Shown: piece by piece, positions 1 to 7,870 of the stretch
How the letters are laid out: each line of letters starts with the position of its first letter
How positions within the stretch are numbered: position 1 is the stretch's first letter
Assembly (NCBI GenBank): GCA_030668875.1
Contig: DAOVER010000009.1
Span: 54,597 to 86,596 of the forward strand
From: Candidatus Heimdallarchaeota archaeon
GTDB taxonomy: Archaea; Asgardarchaeota; Heimdallarchaeia; Heimdallarchaeales; Heimdallarchaeaceae
Direction of reading: 5' to 3'
DNA: 32,000 nucleotides
Position numbers and translations under genes: made by a program
The notes under the pieces: model-generated
The model's database searches: none
What the model saw: the letters and a program-made list of their open reading frames with translations, nothing else
Told to the model about the DNA's origin: nothing

Positions 1-1
1 T

Positions 2-661
2 TTTAAGGCTAAAACACTGACACAGTTTGCAAGTATTTGTGTTAAGATGACACAGATGGCACTCAAACATGATTTGACACTTGTCGAAATCAATCCACTT
101 GTTATCACTCCAGATGATAAGCTAATAGCAGCTGATTCTAAGGTAGTAATTGATGGAAACGCTTACTTTAGGCAGCCTTCCATAGCAGCATTGCAATCCC
201 AAAGAGATCAACATACTGATTTGGAATTTGAAGCTACTCAAGCTGGAATTAGTTATGTTCAACTTGATGGTGACATAGGTATCATTGCAGGTGGTGCAGG
301 GTTATCTATGGCTACTTGTGATTTGCTGGAATTTTATGGTAGTTCTCCCGCTAACTTTCTAGATGTTGGTGGTGGAGCTAATGATGAGAAAGTCTACAAA
401 GCTCTTGAACTTATATCAAAAATGGATGTTAAGGGGATATTTGTGAACTTCTTCGCTGGTATCACTAGATGTGATGATGTAGCCAACGGAGTAGTTAGTG
501 CAAATAAAAAACTAAACATCAAAGTACCTATAGTTATTCGAATGATTGGAACAAAAGATGCTGAAGGTATAAAAATCTTGGAAGAAAACGGAATACACGC
601 TTACAATAAAATGGAACCATCAGCTAAGAAAATTGTTGAACTTGTTAAAGGAGGAAATTAA
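2..661 (+). CDS. sucC: Succinyl-CoA synthetase beta subunit, 5'-partial (C-terminal part)
   Basis: The frame is open from position 2, so the gene starts before the window. Motifs: VEINPL, ADSKVVIDGNAYFRQ, YVQLDGDIG, GAGLSMATCD, PANFLDVGGGA, AGITRCDDVA, VIRMIGT. Directly upstream of sucD. Confidence 0.95.
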   Translation, partial: FKAKTLTQFASICVKMTQMALKHDLTLVEINPLVITPDDKLIAADSKVVIDGNAYFRQPSIAALQSQRDQHTDLEFEATQAGISYVQLDGDIGIIAGGAGLSMATCDLLEFYGSSPANFLDVGGGANDEKVYKALELISKMDVKGIFVNFFAGITRCDDVANGVVSANKKLNIKVPIVIRMIGTKDAEGIKILEENGIHAYNKMEPSAKKIVELVKGGN

Positions 662-662
662 G

Positions 663-1535
663 ATGGCTGTACTATTAGATAAATCTACTGAAGTGATTGT
701 ACAAGGAATGACTGGAAAACAAGGTAGTTTCCATGCAAAATCAATGATAGAATACGGTACACAAGTTGTGGCTGGAGTAACCCCTGGTAAAGGAGGACAG
801 GAAGTTTTAGGTGTTCCAATATATGACACAATGAAAGAAGCTGTAGAAGCAACACAAGCAACAGCTTCTGTTGTTTTTATACCAGCCCCCTTTGTTTATT
901 CAGCTGCTCTTGAAGCAGTTGATTCAGGTATTGAACTTCTAACTATAATAACTGAAGGAGTACCAGTAAGAGACACAGCAAGAATCAGAAGAAGAGTATT
1001 TGAACAAAATGCAACTTTAGTCGGTCCAAATTGTCCAGGCCTCATAACTCCTGGTGAAGCAAAAATCGGTATCATTCCAGGGGCTATTTGTTCTAAAGGA
1101 AATGTTGGAATTGTAAGCCGAAGTGGAACTCTTACTTATGAAATCATCCAACATCTCACATTGAGTGGTTATGGGCAATCTACATGCATTGGGCTTGGCG
1201 GAGATCCTGTTAGAGGTATAGATTTCAAGGAAAGTCTTAGATTATTCGAACAAGATCCTGAAACAAAACACATTGTTTTAGTTGGAGAGATTGGTGGGAC
1301 AGGGGAACAAGAAGCCGCTCAACTCGTAATAGAAGAAATTTCTAAACCCGTTTATGCTTTTATCGCCGGAAATGGTACATGGGTTAAGCCTGGAAAGCAA
1401 ATGGGACACGCTGGAGCAATAGTACATGGTAAATCAGGAACTGCTCAAGAAAAACTTCGTATTTTGAATGAAGCAGGAATCTTAACAGCTAATACTCCTA
1501 GTGAAATTCCAAACAAAATTAAAGAAAATATGTGA
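663..1535 (+). CDS. sucD: Succinyl-CoA synthetase alpha subunit
   Basis: VQGMTGKQGSFH, VAGVTPGKGG, GPNCPG, SRSGTLTYE, GLGGD, GEIGG and the phospho-His motif MGHAGA. Start moved from the track's 633 to ATG 663, 1 nt after the sucC stop, with AGGAGG at 649-654. Confidence 0.96.
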   Translation: MAVLLDKSTEVIVQGMTGKQGSFHAKSMIEYGTQVVAGVTPGKGGQEVLGVPIYDTMKEAVEATQATASVVFIPAPFVYSAALEAVDSGIELLTIITEGVPVRDTARIRRRVFEQNATLVGPNCPGLITPGEAKIGIIPGAICSKGNVGIVSRSGTLTYEIIQHLTLSGYGQSTCIGLGGDPVRGIDFKESLRLFEQDPETKHIVLVGEIGGTGEQEAAQLVIEEISKPVYAFIAGNGTWVKPGKQMGHAGAIVHGKSGTAQEKLRILNEAGILTANTPSEIPNKIKENM

Positions 1536-1545
1536 TAATATCACA

Positions 1546-1573
1546 TTTCTTTTTCATCTTTTATTCTGTTTTA
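1546..1573 (+). terminator. Oligo-T-rich putative archaeal terminator after sucD
   Basis: tttctttttcatcttttattctgttttat lies just after the sucD stop, in the gap before the convergent signal peptidase gene. Confidence 0.4.
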
Positions 1574-1576
1574 TAT

Positions 1577-2803
1577 TTAGTAAGGTAGAGAAGCATTGAA
1601 TACATCTTCATATTCACCAGGAATATCAGAACCAAATCTATAATAAATAGTATAGGTTATTTTGATTGTCAGGAGTAATGAGCTATTGTACTCATCTACG
1701 TTGAATACTAACGTGCTTCCTATCAACAAATCCCCTTCTTTCTGATAGAACGAATACCAATACATGTGTCCTATTATTTTTCCATCTTGAATACCATATA
1801 GATCAAATGATTTCAATATTGCATCATATGAACCATCGTGTTTGAAATGAACATCCATTGGAAGATATACTATTCCTTCCCCTGAGAATTCATAGTTCAA
1901 AGGTTTAAGAGTAACACCATCAATTCCTGTTTCTACTCCAGGCGAGTTGATAATTGCATCTAGAATTGGTATTGCAATTATAATTGCTATGATTAATGAA
2001 GTGTATATAATTAGTTTAGTTCTTTTTTTCTTAACTGTAAACAGCTCAATAAAATTCTTCTTGGTTTTCTCCCACCATTTAATCATTATCTCCTTGAAAG
2101 CAACCACAAAGGATTTCTTAGATCCAGGTTTTTCCACTTTTTTATCTTCATCCTTTTCTGATGCTTCTTCTACAACTTCTGAAGATTTATTATTAGTTGT
2201 TTCTCTTTCTTTATCTTCATCTTCTTTCTTTTTATCTGGGACAAAGATCAAATAAAGAGCTACACCAATCAATAAACCTATGAGAAGATATCTAAAAACT
2301 GGGTATTCTATTATCCAAAGTCTAAGATAACCAATTTTTGGAATAAGGAAAACCGTTTTCCCTATAACACTTTCATAAGGAATCAAAGATGTAGTCAAGC
2401 TAAAATCATCTACCCAATCATTATTATCCCCACTTACTCTAAAGTAATATTGGTCTCCTTCTCCGCTTTCGACTATGGTGATATTCACCACGCGATGGAT
2501 AACTAAAAGCGATGAAACTTCAGAATCATACACGATTACATCTCCAAGTTCAATATCTTCTGGAGCAGATTTGAGAAGGAGAAACATATCTCCTTGATCA
2601 TATACGGGACACATTGAAGAATTAGGACATGGTCCATTTTCAATTACCACTAACGAGATACCAAAGATACCTCCAAACATCATCTTAACAAAGAAGAACA
2701 AGACCAGTGCCAAGACAATCATGTAAATGGATTCTTTAAGATTGATATTTTTCTTAATTTTATCTAGAGTAGAAGACATTGGGTGAGAGTAGGGGGAAGA
2801 CAT
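1577..2803 (-). CDS. Signal peptidase I, archaeal/SEC11-like (S26B), with C-terminal extension
   Basis: N-terminal TM; Ser motif SSM (canonical SGSMEP); LGDVIVY; IHRVV (His); GDNN; GKTVFLIPKIG. Followed by a TM, a charged linker, a further TM and a ~120 aa domain. Start may be Met9 (2779). Confidence 0.85.
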   Translation of the reverse strand: MSSPYSHPMSSTLDKIKKNINLKESIYMIVLALVLFFFVKMMFGGIFGISLVVIENGPCPNSSMCPVYDQGDMFLLLKSAPEDIELGDVIVYDSEVSSLLVIHRVVNITIVESGEGDQYYFRVSGDNNDWVDDFSLTTSLIPYESVIGKTVFLIPKIGYLRLWIIEYPVFRYLLIGLLIGVALYLIFVPDKKKEDEDKERETTNNKSSEVVEEASEKDEDKKVEKPGSKKSFVVAFKEIMIKWWEKTKKNFIELFTVKKKRTKLIIYTSLIIAIIIAIPILDAIINSPGVETGIDGVTLKPLNYEFSGEGIVYLPMDVHFKHDGSYDAILKSFDLYGIQDGKIIGHMYWYSFYQKEGDLLIGSTLVFNVDEYNSSLLLTIKITYTIYYRFGSDIPGEYEDVFNASLPY

Positions 2804-2885
2804 TCTAAAATATTTCTATTCAAAGAGAAGGGTAGTTTTTGTAAGAATTCTCAAAATAATCAAATTTATATGGTATTTTCACCTA

Positions 2886-3206
2886 ATGTCACCCATGAAA
2901 CCTCAATCACGATTAGCGAATGTAACTGAGATTAATGTGAAATCTAAAATTAGAGCTAAAAAAACCACCATTATAGAAATAAGAGGAAGACTAGGAGATA
3001 CGGGATGGCAGTTTTCGGAAGAAAAAGTATCAATTGATAAAAACAGCAATGTTCTTTCTATCACTTTAGGTATTTTCAAAAAGCCAGGCATGGCAGGAAT
3101 GGATGTTATAACTGAATTCGGAAGGGAAATTAATCTGATATTTCCACATAAAGGTAGTTGGAAAATTCGATGCAATAAACATGAAATTGATGTTGAAGTA
3201 AGGTAA
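2886..3206 (+). CDS. Hypothetical small beta-rich protein (possibly PrcB C-terminal-like/Ig-like fold)
   Basis: 106 aa ORF with alternating hydrophobic beta-strand patterns; the GRLGDTGW...PGMAGMDVITEF spacing recalls PrcB_C. TATA-like tttatat upstream. The fold call is weak. Confidence 0.55.
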   Translation: MSPMKPQSRLANVTEINVKSKIRAKKTTIIEIRGRLGDTGWQFSEEKVSIDKNSNVLSITLGIFKKPGMAGMDVITEFGREINLIFPHKGSWKIRCNKHEIDVEVR

Positions 3207-3238
3207 AATCATCACAAATTTAATGTTTCAACAAGCAA

Positions 3239-3616
3239 TTGATACAAACGTTTAATATCTGTCGCGATTTTTGCCGGAATATGGAACGTGATAAACCTCT
3301 AATGGAATTATCATTGGAATATCTGAAAAACTTCGGTACACTCTCACATGATTTGTCATTAATAGATGGACCTCCTAAACATTCCATTGAATTTCTTATC
3401 ATCATCAAAGAACTTCTAGTTGGCGTATGGATACTAGACTGGAAAAGAAGTGTTGGAACAGATAAAATAATACATATTGAAAGGATAATTCAAAGATCTA
3501 ACTTAAGTGGAGGTTTCATTATTGCTAACAATTTTTCACCTAATGCAAGAGAATTAGCTCTACAAACAGATACTCTTGAGTTGATAGAAAAGGCTGAAAT
3601 TCTTTATCATACATGA
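3239..3616 (+). CDS. Mrr-like restriction-endonuclease-fold protein (catalytic motif degenerate)
   Basis: VWILDWKRSVGTDKI...GGFIIANNFSPNARELA matches the Mrr_cat pattern (xK...VG...GiivT..FT..A..A). Real start may be Met16 (3284). Confidence 0.6.
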   Translation: MIQTFNICRDFCRNMERDKPLMELSLEYLKNFGTLSHDLSLIDGPPKHSIEFLIIIKELLVGVWILDWKRSVGTDKIIHIERIIQRSNLSGGFIIANNFSPNARELALQTDTLELIEKAEILYHT

Positions 3617-3624
3617 AAAGCTGC

Positions 3625-4347
3625 TTAATTCTGTTTACTCCCACAAAGAGGGCAATAGTAGGAATCTGAAGGAAGCCCATGTCCACATCTTACACAATAT
3701 ATCATTGAATCATCACTCTTTTGTTGAACTGATGAGAGAATTTCAAATGTACGATGGATTAAATCAATTAATGCGAGAAAAGCATTCAATATATTCTCTT
3801 GATAATTCTCGTTTTTTAGCTCTTTGTTATCTAGCTCAACTCTAGAAAAAGCGCAAAGATTAGTTGGTGTATTTGATATCTTAAGTTGTAATTCCTTTCT
3901 CAGCTTTGAAGGAAATTTGTCCCGATCACCAAGCATTACAGTCCCAAGAAACTTTCGATTAAGAAGAAGATCAGGATAACACGCATCAATAGTTGCATCA
4001 GATAGTAACTGATTCAAAAATGACTTAGAATCTGTTGATACATTGATTTTTGAGGATTTAGGTAGAAAAGTAACAAACTCATTACTTTCGATTTTTGAGT
4101 CATCGACCATCCAAATCATATCAATGATAGTGCTCTTCCCATCTTCATGTAACCTAGCAATTAATCTTGTTGGAATCACTTCACGGAGACGAAAACCATA
4201 GAAAGTATTTTTTTTATCATTATCATCAAAATACAAGGTTGGATAAAGAGCACTGCTGCTAATTGTTCCTTCATATATTGAGCTGATGGCTCTAAATATA
4301 ATATTAGCAGCGGTTTCCATTTGCTTCATATAGTTAAGGACATACAT
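3625..4347 (-). CDS. Hypothetical protein with C-terminal double zinc-ribbon
   Basis: The C-terminus YCVRCGHGLPSDSYYCPLCGSKQN is CxxC-x10-CxxC. The track start (4536) overlaps the pilin gene, so I trimmed it to Met64 (4347). Met70 (4329) or Met73 (4320) are also possible and fit the TATA-like TTTATATT at 4349-4356 (-). Confidence 0.75.
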   Translation of the reverse strand: MYVLNYMKQMETAANIIFRAISSIYEGTISSSALYPTLYFDDNDKKNTFYGFRLREVIPTRLIARLHEDGKSTIIDMIWMVDDSKIESNEFVTFLPKSSKINVSTDSKSFLNQLLSDATIDACYPDLLLNRKFLGTVMLGDRDKFPSKLRKELQLKISNTPTNLCAFSRVELDNKELKNENYQENILNAFLALIDLIHRTFEILSSVQQKSDDSMIYCVRCGHGLPSDSYYCPLCGSKQN

Positions 4348-4469
4348 CAATATAAACCATTGCGAATTTGCAAAAAGGGTGTTTTTAGAGAGGTTAAAAA
4401 TTACCACAAAAACAATCGCTATATTTTTAAACAATTTTCGACAAAGAGAAAAACAGTTCAAATAGTATA

Positions 4470-4898
4470 ATGGTGAATAAAAAAATGAAAAAGCGTGGTG
4501 TATCTCCAGTAATTGCAACAGTTCTTCTGATTGCATTAGTGACAGCTGCTGCTGCTATAGTATTTTTAGTAGTCATACCAATGCTTCAACCACCCCCCGA
4601 AGCAATTATTAAAGGTGTGACCTATAATGATCTAGGTGATGGTAACTTCTCAGTTGCTATTACTGTTCTTGCTCAAGGAGCAGATATAGTATTCAATGGT
4701 ACGGTAGAAGCCAATCCTACAGTAGTTTACCTTGTTGTTGACAGCACAACTCCGTTAAGTATTGGGAATGGTGTCCAAAAGATCATAACGGTCATAGGGT
4801 CATTCACTCCAGGACAAGCATATACTCTAACTCTAAGTTTTCTCGCTGGAAACAACGATGTTATAGGTATAGCTAGTTTCTCTCCTGTTGCAGCTTAA
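4470..4898 (+). CDS. Archaeal type IV pilin / archaellin-like protein with class III signal peptide
   Basis: KKRG|VSPVIATVLLIALVTAAAAIVFLVV is a classic class III (PibD/FlaK) cleavage site plus hydrophobic helix. It is followed by a beta-rich globular domain with N-glycosylation sequons NFS and NGT. Confidence 0.88.
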   Translation: MVNKKMKKRGVSPVIATVLLIALVTAAAAIVFLVVIPMLQPPPEAIIKGVTYNDLGDGNFSVAITVLAQGADIVFNGTVEANPTVVYLVVDSTTPLSIGNGVQKIITVIGSFTPGQAYTLTLSFLAGNNDVIGIASFSPVAA

Positions 4899-4904
4899 TT
4901 AAAG

Positions 4905-4926
4905 TTTTTTTCCTTTTCTTCTTTTT
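4905..4926 (+). terminator. Oligo-T terminator after the pilin gene
   Basis: tttttttccttttcttcttttt starting 7 nt after the stop codon. Confidence 0.5.
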
Positions 4927-4985
4927 CATTAAATCATATTCAAAAAGCACACCTTTATTTATAACAATAACATTTCTCATCAGCA

Positions 4986-5693
4986 ATGTTAAAGGAATTG
5001 TCGAAACCAGAAGCATCCACTGAACTAGAACAAATTGTAGCCAGACTGTATGGCGAACAAGTTTCTATCAAAGAGCTTATAGATTCAACAACTGCTTCAA
5101 AGAAAGCTTCTATTTCTCTTTTTTTGGAAAAGGAAGACGTTATAGGTTATTTAATTTGTATGCTAGAAATTGAAGTAGAGGAAGAAACAAAAGAAAAAAT
5201 CAAAACGTTGGTCATTGACGAAATTGTAATTCTACCTGATTTCCACAAACTTGAAACGGCTAAAGAACTAATAGTAGATATTGATAATCTATCAAAAAAC
5301 AAAGAATGTTCAATGATAGAGATGACTTTGCCTAGCCAATCTTTCTGGATCATACCTATTTTCATACAAGAAGGAGAATATGTTACATCAGCATTAAGAG
5401 TAACTAAAGAATTAGAAAAAAGAACGGAATTTGTTTCAATTTATAATAATGCAAATGAAAAAGTCAAACCAGAATTTACAGAAGTGATGGTATCTAAGAA
5501 TGGTGCATATCAGCTAGAGATTATTGAAGAACCAACAGATTACAGAAAACTTCTGGAACAAGGTTTTAATCCTGAAATCATCAGTATGGTATTTTATATT
5601 GAAGATGAAGCCATTGAGGAGAGTATGAAATTAATTAACAGTATAACAGAATGGCAAGAATATTCTATTTCATTAGTTAAAATGATAAAATAG
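4986..5693 (+). CDS. GNAT-like acetyltransferase-fold protein with extra C-terminal domain
   Basis: LFLEKEDVIGYL...LVIDEIVILPDFHKLETAKELIVDIDNLSKNKECSMIEM matches the GNAT beta4-alpha3 pattern, but the AcCoA motif (R/QxxGxG/A) is degenerate. Confidence 0.55.
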   Translation: MLKELSKPEASTELEQIVARLYGEQVSIKELIDSTTASKKASISLFLEKEDVIGYLICMLEIEVEEETKEKIKTLVIDEIVILPDFHKLETAKELIVDIDNLSKNKECSMIEMTLPSQSFWIIPIFIQEGEYVTSALRVTKELEKRTEFVSIYNNANEKVKPEFTEVMVSKNGAYQLEIIEEPTDYRKLLEQGFNPEIISMVFYIEDEAIEESMKLINSITEWQEYSISLVKMIK

Positions 5694-5697
5694 AGTT

Positions 5698-6429
5698 TCA
5701 TTGTTCTTTTGAATATAAGTTAATCATATCCCTCGTTTTTTTAGGACAGTCAGTAATTATTCCATCAACCTGTTTCTTAACAAGTTTTTGAATATCCTTT
5801 GGTCTATTTACAGTCCATGGATAAACTTTCTTCCCAAGACTGTGGTAATAATCTACATGAGAAGAAGACAATAAGCGATAATAAGGATTAATAGCAGAAA
5901 TGAAGGAGTTCTTAGCCATCCTCTTTCCTTTTTTTGCAGGAAATAAGAATAGATATGCGAGAGCATAATCTAAAGCAGAATCACTTAGTCCAAACATCAC
6001 ATCAGAGAGAAAAGAACTTACAACGATTCGGTTAGAATCTGCACCTATATTGTTAAGAAAATCATCGAATTGATTTTTTGTCACAGAACACTTTATTTCA
6101 ATATTAAACTTAATTTTGGGGAGAAAACTCACTAGTACATTTTCCAGAAGTGGTATGTCATCCCCTGAGGGAAGCTTCATATTCTGAATAGCTTCTAGCT
6201 TTGTCTCTGCTATGACATATTCAAATTCTTCGAACTTAATTACTGGATCGTGATGAACTATAAAATTTCCATCACTTGTTAGATGAGTATCTAACTCTAT
6301 CATATCTGCTTTTTGTTGAATAGCTAGTTCAAAGGCTTTCATGGAATTCTGATAAGCATCTTCAGAAGCACCTCTGTGGGCGATTACTATAGGAGAATTA
6401 TGACCTGACATCAAATTATATGAAATCAA
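5698..6429 (-). CDS. Glycerophosphodiester phosphodiesterase (GDPD, UgpQ-like)
   Basis: VIAHRGAS, ADMIELDTHLTSDGNFIVHHD, FNIEIK, WTVN, VDGIITDCP. Confidence 0.93.
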   Translation of the reverse strand: MISYNLMSGHNSPIVIAHRGASEDAYQNSMKAFELAIQQKADMIELDTHLTSDGNFIVHHDPVIKFEEFEYVIAETKLEAIQNMKLPSGDDIPLLENVLVSFLPKIKFNIEIKCSVTKNQFDDFLNNIGADSNRIVVSSFLSDVMFGLSDSALDYALAYLFLFPAKKGKRMAKNSFISAINPYYRLLSSSHVDYYHSLGKKVYPWTVNRPKDIQKLVKKQVDGIITDCPKKTRDMINLYSKEQ

Positions 6430-6523
6430 ACCATCTGATTAACTTTGTGCAAAATATCAAGTTTTTGTTTTTCTTATTCTCGATTCTCGACAGATTTTTA
6501 AAAAAATAAGTGGGGGAGTATAC

Positions 6524-7777
6524 ATGGAATATAAGATTAAAGACATTAATCTTGCCAATGAAGGCAGGAAAAAAATTGATTGGGCAGAATCAAGGATGCC
6601 TGTTATGATGGAGTTAAGGAAAAAATTCAGTGAAACAAAACCATTAGCAGGAATGAAAGTCGCTGGCTGTCTTCATGTCACAAAAGAAACAGCTGTTTTA
6701 GTTGAAACACTCGTAGATGTAGGTGCGGAAGTTGCTTGGAGTGGATGTAATCCGTTATCAACAAAAGATGATGTCGCTGCTGCTTTGGCTGAAGAGAATA
6801 TACCTATTTTTGCATGGTACGGAATGTCTACTGAAGAATTCTACTGGGCCATTGATAAAACACTTGAGATGAAACCAACACTAACACTTGATGATGGAGC
6901 AGATCTTATTTTTAGGGTTCATTCTGATTTTCCTGAGCAAGCTGAGCAGATAATTGGAGGAACTGAGGAAACAACAACTGGAGTTCACAGATTACGTGCA
7001 ATGGATAGAGCAGGCAAATTACTGTATCCAGTTATTGCAGTCAATGATGCTGAGACTAAAAGTGATTTTGATAATGTATACGGAACTGGTCAATCAACTC
7101 TTGATGGTATTTTAAGGTCAACAAACATCATTATAGCAGGCAAAATAGTTGTTATAGCAGGATATGGCCATTGTGGTAAAGGTCTAGCTAAGAATGCTTC
7201 GGGTTTAGGAGCTGACGTTATAATAACTGAGGTTGATCCCATTCAAGCTTTGAAAGCAGCTATGGATGGATTTCGTGTTATGCTAATGGATGAGGCAGCA
7301 AAGGAAGGGGATCTATTCATCACAGCTACAGGAATGAAAGATATTCTGGTTGAAAGACATTTCAAAGTTATGAAAGAAGGAGCTATTATCTGCAATACAG
7401 GCCATTATGATGCGGAAATTAGTATAAGTGATTTGGAGAAACTAACAAAATCTAAACGTGAAATACGAGAAAATAATGAAGAGTATATTCTTGAAAATGG
7501 AAGAAAAATTTACTTACTTGCTAAGGGGAGACTAGTGAATCTCTCTGCAGCCGAAGGTCACCCCTCAGAAGTAATGGATATGTCTTTTGCAAATCAACTT
7601 CTAAGTCTAATTTATTTAGCTCAAGAAGGCAAGAATCTTGAAAACAAAGTATATGACATTGACAGAAAGCAAGATGAAAGCATTGCTAGTCTAAAACTCT
7701 CACTTATGGGATATGTTATTGATATTCTAACAGAGGAACAAATCAGATATCGTGACGCCTATTATGAAGGAACTTAA
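6524..7777 (+). CDS. ahcY: Adenosylhomocysteinase (SAH hydrolase)
   Basis: CLHVTKETAVL, GCNPLSTKDD, LDDGAD, EETTTGV, VNDAETKSDFDNVYGTG, GYGHCGKG, NTGHYD, GRLVNLSAAEGHPSEVMDMSFANQ. Confidence 0.98.
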   Translation: MEYKIKDINLANEGRKKIDWAESRMPVMMELRKKFSETKPLAGMKVAGCLHVTKETAVLVETLVDVGAEVAWSGCNPLSTKDDVAAALAEENIPIFAWYGMSTEEFYWAIDKTLEMKPTLTLDDGADLIFRVHSDFPEQAEQIIGGTEETTTGVHRLRAMDRAGKLLYPVIAVNDAETKSDFDNVYGTGQSTLDGILRSTNIIIAGKIVVIAGYGHCGKGLAKNASGLGADVIITEVDPIQALKAAMDGFRVMLMDEAAKEGDLFITATGMKDILVERHFKVMKEGAIICNTGHYDAEISISDLEKLTKSKREIRENNEEYILENGRKIYLLAKGRLVNLSAAEGHPSEVMDMSFANQLLSLIYLAQEGKNLENKVYDIDRKQDESIASLKLSLMGYVIDILTEEQIRYRDAYYEGT

Positions 7778-7796
7778 TTCCTTTTCTTATTTTTTT
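7778..7796 (+). terminator. Oligo-T terminator after ahcY
   Basis: ttccttttcttattttttt directly after the stop codon. Confidence 0.45.
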
Positions 7797-7870
7797 ATCT
7801 CTAAAATAATGCCACAAGATTTTTAGGATAGAGTTTCCTATACAGAAATATAAGAAAAGGAGAATAAACC

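Noticed and set aside
1533-1538. TGA stop of sucD (and other TGA/TAG stops) as selenocysteine or pyrrolysine read-through
   Set aside because: The sucD TGA is followed immediately by TAA, the proteins are already full length, and no SECIS-like hairpin or Sec/Pyl-type enzyme was recognised.
4348-4536. N-terminal 63 aa of the 303 aa track ORF 3625..4536
   Set aside because: It overlaps the pilin start on the opposite strand and spans the divergent promoter region; a downstream Met fits the TATA-like element better.
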